A DNA stretch of 56,864 bases, from assembly GCA_051275005.1 (NCBI GenBank), contig JBNMOP010000001.1, positions 1 to 56,864 of the forward strand, written 5' to 3'. Of the stretch, positions 28,934-40,342 are shown piece by piece (the stretch's first letter is position 1; the number at the start of each line of letters is the position of its first letter). The translations under genes were made by a program, and so were the position numbers. This DNA comes from Gammaproteobacteria bacterium (lineage in GTDB: Bacteria > Pseudomonadota > Gammaproteobacteria > Eutrophobiales > Eutrophobiaceae). The notes under the pieces were generated by a model. That model ran no database searches, was not told the DNA's origin, and was given only the letters and a program-made list of their open reading frames with translations.

Positions 28934-29479
28934 TTACCGTGTGATCTCTGGACAATTATTTATTGTATACCTAACTTCCCTAGTATAGGTAAAAATCCCC
29001 AAATTGGGTAGTTGATTATTATCTACGATGATTGATTCATCGTAAGGAATGGATTTATTTTCTCCAATAAGCTTTTGCCTGACAATTTTTGCATCAATTA
29101 CCTTTTTCCCCATCATATCAACCGTGCAAACAAGGTTAGCTGTCTCTTCTGAAGCCCTGTGTAGCTCAATATTGACCTCGTTGTATAACACAAAACTTCC
29201 GGAAACTAAGCGTCTAACAACTTTTTTTGTGCGCATATTACTTACCTCTTGCTTAACCTGAACCGCACCATATTGATATCCACCTATCAATTGTATATCC
29301 ATAACTTCACACGCAGCCGATATTCTGTAGGACATTACAGGTTGGCTAATTTTTTCTATATCTCCGCAGTACTCACCTACAGGAGGCGGTAATGGGAGTA
29401 TAAAGGGCGGTTCCTCATAGATTTGTGATATTACCAATGATGGCCAAATCAGAAAAAAGAGTAAGCAGAAACATTTCAT
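28934..29479 (-). CDS. Hypothetical secreted protein (181 aa)
   Basis: Signal peptide [19 protein letters not shown]. The start overlaps the purC stop, so it is probably co-transcribed. No recognisable family. Confidence 0.55.
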   Translation of the reverse strand: MKCFCLLFFLIWPSLVISQIYEEPPFILPLPPPVGEYCGDIEKISQPVMSYRISAACEVMDIQLIGGYQYGAVQVKQEVSNMRTKKVVRRLVSGSFVLYNEVNIELHRASEETANLVCTVDMMGKKVIDAKIVRQKLIGENKSIPYDESIIVDNNQLPNLGIFTYTREVRYTINNCPEITR

Positions 29480-30372
29480 TATTTTGTTAAAATTTCCTGA
29501 GCCTCATGATACTTGGCAGATGTATTAAGAATTACTTCCTCTGGTAACCGGGGGCCGGGATCTTTTTTATCCCAGTCCAGAGTTTCCAGATAATCACGTA
29601 CATATTGCTTATCAAAGCTGGGAGGGCTAATTCCAATCCTATAGTCCTCAACCGGCCAGAATCTTGAAGAATCTGGTGTAAGTACTTCATCTATTAGAAA
29701 GAGGTTATTGTCATCATCCAGCCCAAACTCCATTTTTGTATCAGCGACTATAATACCTCGAGTTAAGGCAAATTCTGCACCTAGTTGGTAGATTGATAAA
29801 CTTATATCTCTTACTTTTTCTGCCAATTCCTGGCCCACAAGATCAACCATAGTTTTAAAATCAATATTTTCATCGTGATCACCAACATCCGCCTTGGTTG
29901 ATGGTGTAAAAATAGGATCAGATAATTTCTCCGCCTGCTGTAATCCTTGAGGTAGAGTAATCCCACTGACACTTGCGGTATCCTGATATTCTTTCCAGCC
30001 AGATCCAATAATATATCCACGAACAATTGCTTCAACCGGTAATGGTTTTAATTTTTTTACAACTATCCCCCGACCTTCAATTGGAGCCCTTTCATTCTGA
30101 TCTGTTAATACATCACTTAATGAGATTTCACTTAAATGGTTAGGAATAATGTCCTTAAATTTTTCAAACCAGAAATTTGATACAGCCGTGAGCACCTTTC
30201 CTTTTCCCGGAATAGGATCGGGCAAAACAACATCAAAAGCAGATAGGCGATCTGAGGTAACAATAAGCATATGCATATTATCAATATGATAAATATCCCT
30301 AACCTTGCCGCTATTTATCAGCGATAAGGTATTGATATCCGACCGATATAAAGTGTCAATTTTTTCTTTCAT
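29479..30372 (-). CDS. purC: Phosphoribosylaminoimidazole-succinocarboxamide (SAICAR) synthase
   Basis: Long-form PurC, 297 aa: [23 protein letters not shown]. Confidence 0.92.
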   Translation of the reverse strand: MKEKIDTLYRSDINTLSLINSGKVRDIYHIDNMHMLIVTSDRLSAFDVVLPDPIPGKGKVLTAVSNFWFEKFKDIIPNHLSEISLSDVLTDQNERAPIEGRGIVVKKLKPLPVEAIVRGYIIGSGWKEYQDTASVSGITLPQGLQQAEKLSDPIFTPSTKADVGDHDENIDFKTMVDLVGQELAEKVRDISLSIYQLGAEFALTRGIIVADTKMEFGLDDDNNLFLIDEVLTPDSSRFWPVEDYRIGISPPSFDKQYVRDYLETLDWDKKDPGPRLPEEVILNTSAKYHEAQEILTK

Positions 30373-30524
30373 ACTAAATAACCTTAAATTAAATTTTTAT
30401 GTATTTTCTCATACCTTTCTTAATTCGACCAGATACTAGATTTATTTCTTTTATATCTAAAGACTCTGGTGTAATGTCTCTTTCCTCAACCACATAATCC
30501 GATTTTCAACAACTGGACTATTGA

Positions 30525-31310
30525 ATGGATAAAATTCGCCTCCACGGCTTTAATAACCTTACAAAAACTCTCAGCTTTAATATCTATGATGTTTGTTATG
30601 CATGTACGGATGTTCAAAACCGTGAATACATGGATTACATAGACGAAGTCTACAATGCAGAAAGACTGACACAGATATTACAAGACGTTGCAAATATTAT
30701 AGGCGCCAAAATTCTGAATATTGCAAAAGCGGACTATGACCCTCTGGGTGCCAGTGTCACAGTACTGATTTCTGAAGAACCTTCAACCATGCCAGATATC
30801 AATAATAAAGAGGAACCGGGCCCTCTACCTGAGGCAGTCGTTGCACATCTTGATAAAAGTCACCTAACCGTACATACATACCCGGAAAGCCATCCAGATT
30901 TTGGCATCAGTACATTTCGTGCAGATATAGAAGTAAGCACCTGCGGCACGATCTCTCCATTAAAGGTTTTGAACTTCCTGATTCATAGTTTTGAATCTGA
31001 CATTGTGATGGCAGATTACCGAGTACGTGGATTTACCCGTGACGTCAGCGGCAACAAACTCTATATCGACCATGTAATCAATTCAATTCAGAACTACATC
31101 GATCAGGAAACCCAGGACAGGTATCAAATGATCGACGTAAACATCTATCAGGAAAACATCTTTCATACAAAAATGTTATTAAAGGACTTTAATCTGGATA
31201 ACTATCTATTTAATGTCAAAGCAGATGACCTGGAACCCGAACACCGTAAATTGATTGAGAAAAGTGTAAGCCAGGAAATGTATGAAATATTTTACGGCAG
31301 AGATATTTAG
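30525..31310 (+). CDS. speD: S-adenosylmethionine decarboxylase proenzyme (E. coli type)
   Basis: [21 protein letters not shown] and the self-processing site [15 protein letters not shown] match E. coli SpeD. Confidence 0.9.
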   Translation: MDKIRLHGFNNLTKTLSFNIYDVCYACTDVQNREYMDYIDEVYNAERLTQILQDVANIIGAKILNIAKADYDPLGASVTVLISEEPSTMPDINNKEEPGPLPEAVVAHLDKSHLTVHTYPESHPDFGISTFRADIEVSTCGTISPLKVLNFLIHSFESDIVMADYRVRGFTRDVSGNKLYIDHVINSIQNYIDQETQDRYQMIDVNIYQENIFHTKMLLKDFNLDNYLFNVKADDLEPEHRKLIEKSVSQEMYEIFYGRDI

Positions 31311-31345
31311 ACCGGACCTGTTACTATCCAGAGATTCCTACCTAC

Positions 31346-33028
31346 CTAGTTCTGTTTACTGATTTTTAACCAAGTATCTCTAAGTGTTACTATCCTGTTA
31401 AATACTGGCGAACCAGCTGAATGATCAACCATATCGACACAGAAATAACCTAATCTTTCAAACTGAAACCGATCTCCAGGACTAGCTTTTGCTAATGAGG
31501 GTTCAAGTAAACATTCAGTCATTGTTACTAGCGAATCTTTATTTATAGCATTTTTCCAGTTTTCTTCCTTTTCTGGAATTGGAACTGTAAATAATCGATC
31601 AAATAAGCGAACTTCTGCCTTGACTGCCCCATCTTCAGGCACCCAGTGCAGGGTGCCTTTGACCTTTCTACCATCAGGCGCATTACCCCCTCTGGTTTGT
31701 GGGTCGTAACTACACCTGACTTCAATGATATCCCCCTCATTATTTTTTATAATTTCAGTACATGTAATGAAATAGGCATATTTCAATCTCACCTCGCGTC
31801 CAGGTGCAAGTCTGAAGAATTTTTTTGGCGCGTCCTCCATAAAATCTTCTCGCTCAATAAATATGACCTTTCCAAATGGTATCTTGCGGGTACCCATGTC
31901 TGGTTTTTGCGGATGATTCAATGCATCTACTTCCTCTACAGTATCAGGGTAGTTTTCGATTACCACACGTAATGGATCTAATACCGCCATAGCGCGCATG
32001 GTCGACTCCCCCAACTCATCTCTGAGTGCGGTATCTAAAACAACCGGATCAATCTGTGTATTGTTCTTGGTTACCCCGACCACCTCACAAAGCTTGCGAA
32101 TTGATGCCGGTGTATAACCACGCCGACGCAATCCTGATATAGATGGCATTCTTGGATCATCCCAACCCGAAACGAATCCTTCCTCAACCAGGTCTATAAG
32201 CTTTCGCTTACTGAGTACTGTGTAATCAAGTTTAAGGCGTGCAAATTCATATTGATATGGCCGAGAGGGAGTATCCAGATTATCGATGACCCAGTCATAC
32301 AAGGGTCTGTGGTCTTCAAACTCTAGTGTGCACAGCGAATGGGTAATATGTTCGATCGCATCTGATAAGCAATGGGTATAATCATACATCGGATATATAT
32401 TCCACTTGTTACCTGTTCGATGGTGATGCACTTTGCGTATTCTGTAAAGAACCGGATCACGCATATTTATATTTGGCGAACCCATATCAATCTTTGCCCT
32501 GAGTACATATTTACCTTCATCAAATTCACCCGTTTTCATTCGCTCAAAGAGATCCAGACTTTCGTTTATGTCACGGTTACGCCATGGGCTATTTTTACCT
32601 GGCTCTGTGAGAGTGCCTCGATATTCATGGATCTGCTCTCCACTGAGTTCATCAATAAAGGCCTTGTCTTGTTTAATGAGATCCCTGGCATAAGCATATA
32701 ACTCATCAAAATAGTCGGAGGCAAAATACAATCTATCCTCCCAATCAAATCCTAGCCATTTAACATCTGTCTTGATGGATTCCACAAATTCTGTGTTTTC
32801 TTTTTCTGGATTAGTGTCATCAAAACGCAAATTACACTGCCCGTTAAATTCTCTGGCAATGCCAAAATCTATGCAAATGGCTTTCGCATGGCCGATATGC
32901 AGACAGCCATTTGGTTCGGGCGGAAATCTGGTATGAACCTTCCCGTCGTTCTTATTATGTGACAGGTCTTCCTCAATTATCTTTCTGATAAAATTCGATG
33001 ATGTAATTTTTTTTTCTTCTGTCATCAA
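31346..33028 (-). CDS. glnS: Glutaminyl-tRNA synthetase
   Basis: [16 protein letters not shown] region [19 protein letters not shown]-like VLSKRK; 560 aa. Confidence 0.95.
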   Translation of the reverse strand: MMTEEKKITSSNFIRKIIEEDLSHNKNDGKVHTRFPPEPNGCLHIGHAKAICIDFGIAREFNGQCNLRFDDTNPEKENTEFVESIKTDVKWLGFDWEDRLYFASDYFDELYAYARDLIKQDKAFIDELSGEQIHEYRGTLTEPGKNSPWRNRDINESLDLFERMKTGEFDEGKYVLRAKIDMGSPNINMRDPVLYRIRKVHHHRTGNKWNIYPMYDYTHCLSDAIEHITHSLCTLEFEDHRPLYDWVIDNLDTPSRPYQYEFARLKLDYTVLSKRKLIDLVEEGFVSGWDDPRMPSISGLRRRGYTPASIRKLCEVVGVTKNNTQIDPVVLDTALRDELGESTMRAMAVLDPLRVVIENYPDTVEEVDALNHPQKPDMGTRKIPFGKVIFIEREDFMEDAPKKFFRLAPGREVRLKYAYFITCTEIIKNNEGDIIEVRCSYDPQTRGGNAPDGRKVKGTLHWVPEDGAVKAEVRLFDRLFTVPIPEKEENWKNAINKDSLVTMTECLLEPSLAKASPGDRFQFERLGYFCVDMVDHSAGSPVFNRIVTLRDTWLKISKQN

Positions 33029-34260
33029 CTGTATCCTTGTGTTTTTGATGCACGGACTAGCGATGGCGTATCCCCAGCCAGACCCATTGCATATTGCATG
33101 ATCTGGCCCTTAATAATTGGCATGGAGTTTAGTACAGTCAAACCTGTATTCCTTAAATTATTGATAACATTAGTGTTTTGTTCAAAAAGATATTTGACCA
33201 TATCCATTGCCCACATCATCTGACTATTTTCACATTTACGCCATCGCTCATATCTGCGCAATACTGTTCGTGATCCGATATTACGGTTTGCTTTTTTTGC
33301 AGTAACTATCAGCTCCGCCAATGTTGTAATATCAAGTATACCCATGTTTGCTCCTTGACCAGCAAATGGGTGTACGTTATGGGCAGCATCACCCACTAGA
33401 ACACATCTTCCCTTAATATAATTTTTTGCGTTTGCCCGAAACAGGTCGAAACAATGTCGTGGTTGAATAGTAATAACTTCACCTAAACGAAATTCGAAAG
33501 CAAGTTGAAGATGTTGTTTAAATTCCTCAATATTCATCTTCAATAATTCAGAGGCATGTTCGGCTGCAGTAGACCAGACAATTCCACAACAGTGTGGATC
33601 CGCCATAGGGAGAAATGCAATCGGTCCGCTGCTTAGAAAGCGTTGCCTAGCAATATTCTCATGAGCTAAGGAGGTTTTTACGATACATGCAATAGCCTTC
33701 TGTTTATAGTCATGTTTTGAATAATCAAATCCAGCTAAGGATCTTACACTTGAGTTATTTCCATCCGCTGCAACCACCATATTGGCCTTAATTGCCGCTC
33801 CACCATGTGTCTCAGCAAGAATATAATTTTCATGGTTGGTAACCTTACTAACCTTATCTTCTGTAACTAAGGTAATATTTGGATTGTACAAAATTGCCTG
33901 ACTCAAAACTTCTTCTAGTAATGACTGCTCAACTATATATCCAAGTACAGGTTCACAAATTTCTTCACAATCAAAATTTATCTCGCCACTTGAATTTTCA
34001 TCCCAAACATGAATTTTATTGTATCTTCCAATTTTATCATTTGCTAACTGCTGCCAGACATTAATTGATGAGAGAATACGAACACTTGCTGGTGTTATTG
34101 ATATTGTCCTGGGGTCATATACTGTTGTCGCTTTGACCTCACCAGGCAGGCCTTGAGCCACAATCAGGCATTTTATTCCATTGCATGAGAGTAAATGCGC
34201 CAGGGTAAGTCCGGTAATGCCGCCACCTGCAATCACAACTTCAGTATCATTTTGAATCAT
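33025..34260 (-). CDS. ubiI: UbiH/UbiF/VisC/COQ6-family FAD-dependent ubiquinone hydroxylase
   Basis: FAD fingerprint [11 protein letters not shown] and [14 protein letters not shown]. Its position after ubiH matches E. coli visC(ubiI). The symbol is assigned by synteny only. Confidence 0.75.
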   Translation of the reverse strand: MIQNDTEVVIAGGGITGLTLAHLLSCNGIKCLIVAQGLPGEVKATTVYDPRTISITPASVRILSSINVWQQLANDKIGRYNKIHVWDENSSGEINFDCEEICEPVLGYIVEQSLLEEVLSQAILYNPNITLVTEDKVSKVTNHENYILAETHGGAAIKANMVVAADGNNSSVRSLAGFDYSKHDYKQKAIACIVKTSLAHENIARQRFLSSGPIAFLPMADPHCCGIVWSTAAEHASELLKMNIEEFKQHLQLAFEFRLGEVITIQPRHCFDLFRANAKNYIKGRCVLVGDAAHNVHPFAGQGANMGILDITTLAELIVTAKKANRNIGSRTVLRRYERWRKCENSQMMWAMDMVKYLFEQNTNVINNLRNTGLTVLNSMPIIKGQIMQYAMGLAGDTPSLVRASKTQGYS

Positions 34261-35486
34261 AGTTGGTCCAGCCTCAATCCTCTCACTAATCCAGGTTGCT
34301 GTCCCTTCAGCCCCATAGCGTGCTTAACAAAATTATTTTTAAGTATAGGGAACATATCTAATACACACATGCCAAAATTCCTGACTATCATTCTAAAATA
34401 ATCGTCAGTATAAAAAAGACTGGCCAACGCATCTGTAAAATCAATCACCTTATCCTGGTTATGTTTTCTAAGGTTGACATAGTCTTTTAGTAATTGGGTA
34501 TTTCCAGGATCCTGACAGTCAGGCGGTAGCTTTAGTATAAGTTCTGCTAATGCAGCAACATCCCTAAGTCCAAGATTAAATCCTTGAGCCCCATTAGGAT
34601 GGATGGTATGTGCTGCATTCCCCAGTAGCAGCACTCTCTCTTTATATTGATGTTCGGCACGGATTAATTTCAGTTCATATGACTGTTTAGTGCCTAGTTT
34701 TATAATTTTACCTGCACGTTTGCCTGATATTTCTTGTAAAACTTTAATATAGTCATCTTCGTCCATTGTCATGTATTCAGATAGTTGGTCTCGTTTTACA
34801 CAAAATATAGAAACAAACCTGGATTGTGACATCGGTAACAAGGCTAGCGGGCCCGTACTAGTAAAACGTTCATACGCGGTATCATTATGATCCCGGTCCA
34901 TACTGATATTGGATACAATTGCTACTTGTCCATAGTCCTTGGTTTGCGTATTGATTGATAAATTCTCTCTAATGCATGAATTAGACCCATCTGCTGCAAC
35001 CAATAATTTACAACTTATTGATTCTAATTTGATAGTGTCATCAAGTTTTATATTGACGTGATCACTAGATATCTTTATTTCTGATATTTTTTGAGGGCAC
35101 AGATAATCAACATTCTCAATTTTCGATAATTTTTCCAGAATGACCTCACCAATCTCTCTGGCTTTCACCACATACCCCATTGCATTGATCTGTAGATCCG
35201 CAGCATGCAAACGTACAGAACCAAACTTACCACGGTCGCTAATGTGTATATGGCGAATAGGTATCGCCTTATTGGCTAGAAAAGACCATACATGGATAGC
35301 ATCCAGAATACGGCAAGAAGATAACGACAATGCAAGTCCTCGCTCATCGTAACTAGGCTGTCGTTCTGCACCTAATGAATATTGCTCCAACACTGCTACA
35401 CGAAAATCACTATGCGCAAGACTGCAAGCAAGACTTGCTCCGACCAGGCCACCTCCAACAATTGCGATGTCATATTCTTTTTGCAT
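34257..35486 (-). CDS. ubiH: 2-octaprenyl-6-methoxyphenol hydroxylase
   Basis: DIAIVGGGLVGASLA and GNAAHTIHPNGAQG. Conserved pepP-ubiH-ubiI synteny. Confidence 0.8.
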   Translation of the reverse strand: MQKEYDIAIVGGGLVGASLACSLAHSDFRVAVLEQYSLGAERQPSYDERGLALSLSSCRILDAIHVWSFLANKAIPIRHIHISDRGKFGSVRLHAADLQINAMGYVVKAREIGEVILEKLSKIENVDYLCPQKISEIKISSDHVNIKLDDTIKLESISCKLLVAADGSNSCIRENLSINTQTKDYGQVAIVSNISMDRDHNDTAYERFTSTGPLALLPMSQSRFVSIFCVKRDQLSEYMTMDEDDYIKVLQEISGKRAGKIIKLGTKQSYELKLIRAEHQYKERVLLLGNAAHTIHPNGAQGFNLGLRDVAALAELILKLPPDCQDPGNTQLLKDYVNLRKHNQDKVIDFTDALASLFYTDDYFRMIVRNFGMCVLDMFPILKNNFVKHAMGLKGQQPGLVRGLRLDQL

Positions 35487-35816
35487 TTCTTTTATATATT
35501 GGATTAGACAGGATAAAGATTACTCAATAACACTGGTCGGGATAAGGAACGTCTGGTTTAGTATTTTGACACTCATTCGTGTAAAAATCAGCATCAAGCA
35601 AGCGATTATTTTAACTGGATTCTGGCCTGCGCCAGAATGACGAATCAAAGAATATTGAGATTTAATCAGAAGTTCCTTAATTCTAAAATTGGATAGCAAT
35701 TATATTCAATCATTATCTATTAGAAGTTTTCCCCATTCCGTATTTATGATTATCTAAATATACTATGCATAATTATTTTTAAACATCCTGTAAATCTTGT
35801 TATTCCTGTCTAGTCT

Positions 35817-37136
35817 TTATACTTCTCCGGCACTTGCCATCAATGACTCGATTTCATCTACAGTTTTTGGTACACCATTGCTAAAGACTTCGTTCCCTGC
35901 TTTGGTGACCAAAACATCATCTTCAACACGGATTCCAATATTCCACCATTTTTCATGCAACCCCTCATGAGGTTGAAAATATAAGCCAGGTTCGATTGTT
36001 GTTACCATTCCAGGTTCAAGTACACGCCATTCCCCATCGAGTTTGTAGTCCCCTACATCATGGACGTCCATACCTAACCAGTGGCCAGTTCGATGCATAA
36101 AATATTTTTTATATGACTCTTGTTTAATTTGTGTCTTAAATTTTCCTTTAAGAATTCCCAGTGACAGCAATCCTTCAGTAATTATATTTACGGCTGCGTT
36201 ATGAGGATCATTCCAGTGATTGCCAGGTTTAACCTGCTTAATTGCCTCTTCGTTTGCTGTTACTACCAGTTCGTATAGCTGTCTTTGTTCCATTGTAAAA
36301 TGCCCATTAACAGGAAATGTCCTGGTAATATCACTGGCATAACTATCATACTCAGCCCCAGCATCGATCAATAGAAGGTCACCATCACGCAGTTCACCAG
36401 TATTTTCTGTGTAGTGCAAAATACATCCATTCTCACCAGACCCAACAATTGACGGATAGGCGGAAGATCTTGAGCCGTTATGCATAAATTCGTGTAATAG
36501 TGTTGCTTCAATTTGATATTCCATCATCCCAGGGCGACATATTTGCATCGCTCGCTTATGTGCGTTACATGAAATATTTGCTGCTTTTCTCATCGCAGTT
36601 ATTTCCGGGCGACTTTTAAACAATCGCATTTCATGCAACAAATGGTTGAGAGAGATGAACTCATCTGGTGCATTTACGCCAGTACGAACTTGTTTCCTGA
36701 CTTGATTTACCCAACTGAGCACTCGTTGATCAAAAGTTGCATCATTACCCATGGTGTAATACATGCGCTCTCGATCTTCGAGCATACCGGGAAGTATGTC
36801 GTCCATATCCTCTATTGGAAACGCATCATTTGCGCCATATATTTCACAAGCCCCCTCCAGTCCTGCCCGACGACCATTCCAGGTTTCCATTTTCTCATCC
36901 TTCTCCCTGCAAAACAGCACGAACTCTCCGTGATGTCGATCCGGAATCAGGACCACAACAGCCTCTGGCTCAGAATAACCAGTAAGGTAATAAAAATCAC
37001 TGTCCGGCCGAAAAGGAAATTCTACATCTCTGTTCCTGATATAAACCGGTGCGGTAGGAATAATTGCGACAGTTTCATCCCCCATCAAATCCATTAGCCT
37101 TTTTCGTCTACGAGAAAATTCACGCTTATCCATCAA
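35817..37136 (-). CDS. pepP: Xaa-Pro aminopeptidase
   Basis: M24B motifs DAGAEYDSYASDITRTFP and HRTGHWLGMDVHD; 439 aa. Confidence 0.92.
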   Translation of the reverse strand: MMDKREFSRRRKRLMDLMGDETVAIIPTAPVYIRNRDVEFPFRPDSDFYYLTGYSEPEAVVVLIPDRHHGEFVLFCREKDEKMETWNGRRAGLEGACEIYGANDAFPIEDMDDILPGMLEDRERMYYTMGNDATFDQRVLSWVNQVRKQVRTGVNAPDEFISLNHLLHEMRLFKSRPEITAMRKAANISCNAHKRAMQICRPGMMEYQIEATLLHEFMHNGSRSSAYPSIVGSGENGCILHYTENTGELRDGDLLLIDAGAEYDSYASDITRTFPVNGHFTMEQRQLYELVVTANEEAIKQVKPGNHWNDPHNAAVNIITEGLLSLGILKGKFKTQIKQESYKKYFMHRTGHWLGMDVHDVGDYKLDGEWRVLEPGMVTTIEPGLYFQPHEGLHEKWWNIGIRVEDDVLVTKAGNEVFSNGVPKTVDEIESLMASAGEV

Positions 37137-37687
37137 TGAAAAGCTCCTGATTCTGAATGACCCGACAAAGATGGATGAAATTGTAAGTTAATAAAAATTG
37201 CTCCCATACGGACATATTCAACCAATTCAAATAATGCCTTTTCATCACTTTCATCTGGGTGTTCACTAACTTCTAATTGACATATTCTGGTAAAATTCTC
37301 TATGAGCTCTCTGCTGTCTTCATCTTCCAGGGTTTGTTCTACATCTTGTCCCTGGGCAAAGCCATTTAAAAATCCATGACACCATTCACTAAGCGCCGAG
37401 ACGCGTTCAGAAATTGAAGTATTATCATCGGGCAATAACAGGGAAAAATCATATTCCGGCGATTCTAACAGTCTTATAATTTCACCCACCAATGCTTCAA
37501 CATCTTCAAGAAATTCGCTTGTCAGCTTTTCATCAGTTGATTTAATGCCCAGGTACTCTTCCCAGATTTTACTCACTGGAGATTCATTGACACAAATATG
37601 ACCGCATAAAAAGCCGTGACAGTCCGATGCACAGGCATCTGACCCTAACATATTCAATAGTTTATTTAACTCGCCGTATTCCAGCAT
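37133..37687 (-). CDS. ygfB: UPF0149 (YgfB) family protein
   Basis: 184 aa, acidic, CHGFLCG and WCHGFLNGF motifs. Position upstream of pepP as in E. coli and Pseudomonas. Confidence 0.8.
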   Translation of the reverse strand: MLEYGELNKLLNMLGSDACASDCHGFLCGHICVNESPVSKIWEEYLGIKSTDEKLTSEFLEDVEALVGEIIRLLESPEYDFSLLLPDDNTSISERVSALSEWCHGFLNGFAQGQDVEQTLEDEDSRELIENFTRICQLEVSEHPDESDEKALFELVEYVRMGAIFINLQFHPSLSGHSESGAFH

Positions 37688-37863
37688 TTTTTATAATCAC
37701 TATTCATTAAGGTGGTATTTTGCAGGGCAACATCATACATGTTCAAGTCTTTAATGGAATTATTAACAAAGTGTATTGACCGTATTCGATGACAGCCCTA
37801 TATTGGACGTATGGCTAGATAACAAGCCTTGACATAATTACTCAAGAATAAGATTGTATTATT

Positions 37864-38088
37864 ATGAACGATAATAAAGAAGAGAACATTGATCTTTCTG
37901 CCCTCGAGGCTAGGGTAGATGAATTAATACGCACGATTGACAGTCTGAAATCAGAAAATACGGCTTTACGTTCTCAACAGGATAACCTGGTTAGTGAACG
38001 ATCAATATTGATTGAGAAAACTGAACAGGCAAGATCCCGGATTGAATCCATGATTTCCCGCTTACGAGCTATGGAAACCCGTTCATGA
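37864..38088 (+). CDS. Small coiled-coil protein (ZapB-like, the family found upstream of zapA in Pseudomonas)
   Basis: 74 aa, heptad-rich (LEARVDELIRTIDSLKSENTALRSQ...). Overlaps the zapA start (ATGA). Confidence 0.7.
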   Translation: MNDNKEENIDLSALEARVDELIRTIDSLKSENTALRSQQDNLVSERSILIEKTEQARSRIESMISRLRAMETRS

Positions 38089-38402
38089 GTGACGACAAGC
38101 CTGCCTCAGTCCACATACTGGACAAGGAATATCTTATTTCCTGTGCTGATGATGAGCGTGAGCAGTTATATACCGCAGTAACCTTTCTGAATCTGAAAAT
38201 GAAAGATGTAAAAGAAAGTGGCAAGGTAATTGGAGCTGAAAGAATAGCAGTAATGACTGCGCTTAATATTGCTCACGAACTTCTTGCATACAAACGTCAA
38301 AATGACGACTATACTAATTCTATAGACAAGACAATCCAACGTTTAAGAAATAAACTGGATGAAGCATTAACTAGCGGTCAACAATTGGAGATACACCAGT
38401 AG
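38085..38402 (+). CDS. zapA: Cell division protein ZapA
   Basis: 105 aa; ILDKEYLISCADDEREQLYTAVTFLNLKM...AERIAVMTALNIAHEL matches the ZapA pattern. Followed by 6S RNA, as in other gammaproteobacteria. Confidence 0.88.
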   Translation: MSDDKPASVHILDKEYLISCADDEREQLYTAVTFLNLKMKDVKESGKVIGAERIAVMTALNIAHELLAYKRQNDDYTNSIDKTIQRLRNKLDEALTSGQQLEIHQ

Positions 38403-38454
38403 ACAGACCGAGTAATATATTCTTCCAGTAATGTGTAACAACTTAATTTTAAGC

Positions 38455-38640
38455 TTGGGTATCTTCTGTACTATTCGTAACTAGACTGATATGACTTGAG
38501 CCTAATTATATCACTCCGGGGACTGACCGTGGTATTGTGCGCATGCCCTTTTGGGGAAGCCTGATATATCACTCGCTGCCCCCACTTGAACCATCGGTTC
38601 AAGTTCAAGGTCTGCAACGATAGCATGGTTGATACCCTCT
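38455..38640 (+). ncRNA. ssrS: 6S RNA
   Basis: About 185 nt with the closing stem GGGUAUC (38457..) / GAUACCC (..38637). Conserved blocks: UGAGCCUAAUUAUAUCAC, GAAGCCUGAUAUAUCAC and ACUUGAACCAUCGGUUCAAG (compare E. coli CCUUGAACCAAGGGUUCAAG). Canonical position after zapA. Ends are +/-10 nt. Confidence 0.85.
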
Positions 38641-38807
38641 TCTTCTTTCGGGACTCGTTACCGGGGAACCGTAAAGACGTATTTACTGATCCTAAAAAAT
38701 ATCTAAACCCCGCTCACGATAATATCGCTTAACATTTTATAACAATGTTGAAATAATCGTATGAAAAAGCAACCATCTAGATACCTGAACAGCGAGTCCA
38801 CATATAT

Positions 38808-39266
38808 ATGAAATACTGGTTAATGAAATCTGAACCTGAGGAATTTGGTATTGGCGATTTAAAAAACAGACCTAATCGTACAGAACCCTGGGACGGTATT
38901 CGAAATTACCAGGCAAGAAACTTTATTCGAGATGATATGAATCTTGGCGATCTGGCATTCTTTTATCATTCTAATTGTGAGACCCCTGGGATTGCCGGGA
39001 TTATGAAACTATCCAGCAAGGCAAGGCCAGACCACACTGCATTTGACCATACCAACAAACATTATGATCCCGGAAGTAATCAAGAAAATCCACGATGGTT
39101 TCTGGTCGACGTTAAATATAAACGTCAATTTAAGCGGATCATTACATTAACCGAGTTACGCGATCATAAACCACTGAAGGACATGAAATTATTACAAAAA
39201 GGAAGTCGGCTTTCGATAATGCCTGTCACAGAAAAAGAATGGGAATACATAATCAAACTGGAATGA
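38808..39266 (+). CDS. EVE (PUA-like) domain protein
   Basis: MKYWLMKSEPEEF...WDGIRNYQARNF...GDLAFFYHSNC...IAGI is typical of the EVE/DUF55 family; 152 aa. Confidence 0.85.
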   Translation: MKYWLMKSEPEEFGIGDLKNRPNRTEPWDGIRNYQARNFIRDDMNLGDLAFFYHSNCETPGIAGIMKLSSKARPDHTAFDHTNKHYDPGSNQENPRWFLVDVKYKRQFKRIITLTELRDHKPLKDMKLLQKGSRLSIMPVTEKEWEYIIKLE

Positions 39267-39528
39267 GCGAGGAGTATTAAGCTATACATTAAACGGGATT
39301 AACAAGATTATTTTAATATAAAATCAAATCAAATATTTTTTACCAATATAGAATGTTTGTTAATTTTATTTATGGAGATTGAATATTTTTTATACTGTAA
39401 ATCCTGTCCATTTAATCTTCAAGAAATGTCTAGATATATTAGTCTTAACTCCTCACCCCTCACAGGTTTATCCTGTCAATCGCAAGTGAATTTTTATAGA
39501 ATTAACCAACCCGACCAGAGGATTACAC

Positions 39529-40188
39529 ATGACAACAGACGAGAAGAAGCAGGCCGTTGCTAAGGCGGCAATAGCATACGTTGAGGACGATAGTATCGTC
39601 GGTGTCGGCACAGGCAGTACGGTAAATTACTTTATTGATTTCCTTGCTGAGATTAAACACCGTATCGAAGGTGCTGTATCCAGCTCCCTGGCTTCAGAAG
39701 AGAGATTAAAAAAACATAATATTCAGATATTTAATCTCAACCAGGTAAATGATTTACCCATATACGTCGACGGTGCAGATGAATCAACACATAACCTCCA
39801 ATTAATCAAAGGCGGGGGCGGTGCTTTAACCCGTGAAAAAATTGTTGCTGCAGCAAGCAAAAAGTTTATTTGTATTGTAGACGATTCAAAATTAGTTGAT
39901 GTGTTAGGAAAATTTCCATTACCGGTAGAGGTGATACCTATCGCACAAAGTTATGTGGCACGAGAATTAATAAAATTAGGCGGACAACCTGTTCTAAGAG
40001 AAGGCTTTACTACCGATAACGGTAATATTATTATCGATATCCACAATTTACATATACTAGATCCCATGAAGATGGAGCTAAATCTAAATCAAATCACTGG
40101 AGTTGTCACAAACGGCCTTTTCGCAAGCCGTCCAGCTAATATATTAATCGTAGCGAGCGAGAGTGGAATTAAAACTATCAATAGATAA
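39529..40188 (+). CDS. rpiA: Ribose-5-phosphate isomerase A
   Basis: [44 protein letters not shown]; 219 aa. Confidence 0.93.
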   Translation: MTTDEKKQAVAKAAIAYVEDDSIVGVGTGSTVNYFIDFLAEIKHRIEGAVSSSLASEERLKKHNIQIFNLNQVNDLPIYVDGADESTHNLQLIKGGGGALTREKIVAAASKKFICIVDDSKLVDVLGKFPLPVEVIPIAQSYVARELIKLGGQPVLREGFTTDNGNIIIDIHNLHILDPMKMELNLNQITGVVTNGLFASRPANILIVASESGIKTINR

Positions 40189-40342
40189 ATGTTAAATTTT
40201 TGTAAAAACTATTCTTCCTGATTTTATCGGATTTTAATTATTTTTCGGCAAATCATACAGATATATCTCTAATACTTGCATCTAGAGAGTTAACAAATTA
40301 GCATTCGCTTTTCGACATTAATTCCACTTTCAAGGAGACAGC

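Noticed and set aside
35505-35812. MITE-like element bounded by the 9-bp inverted repeat TAGACAGGA/TCCTGTCTA.
   Set aside because: A 9-bp match in 330 nt of AT-rich DNA is expected by chance at an appreciable rate (order 0.1-0.3). There is no flanking target-site duplication and the arms do not extend. Kept only as a note inside the spacer finding.
36633-37097. Long antisense ORFs inside conserved genes: 36633..37097 in pepP, 25242..25736 in pgk, 15017..15415 in the ExeA-like gene, 7874..8242 in gspF, 19620..19997 in metK, 48084..48455 in dusB, 50932..51318 in accC, 53152..53520 in the tlpA-like gene and 2489..2803 in the pilin gene.
   Set aside because: Each lies fully opposite a gene with clear family motifs. 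Their translations are low-complexity or Cys/Ser/Ile-rich and have no start context. Such ORFs are the usual by-product of AT-rich codon usage.
39357-39563. 68-aa ORF upstream of and overlapping rpiA.
   Set aside because: No RBS, odd composition, and it overlaps the well-supported rpiA start. More likely promoter/leader DNA.
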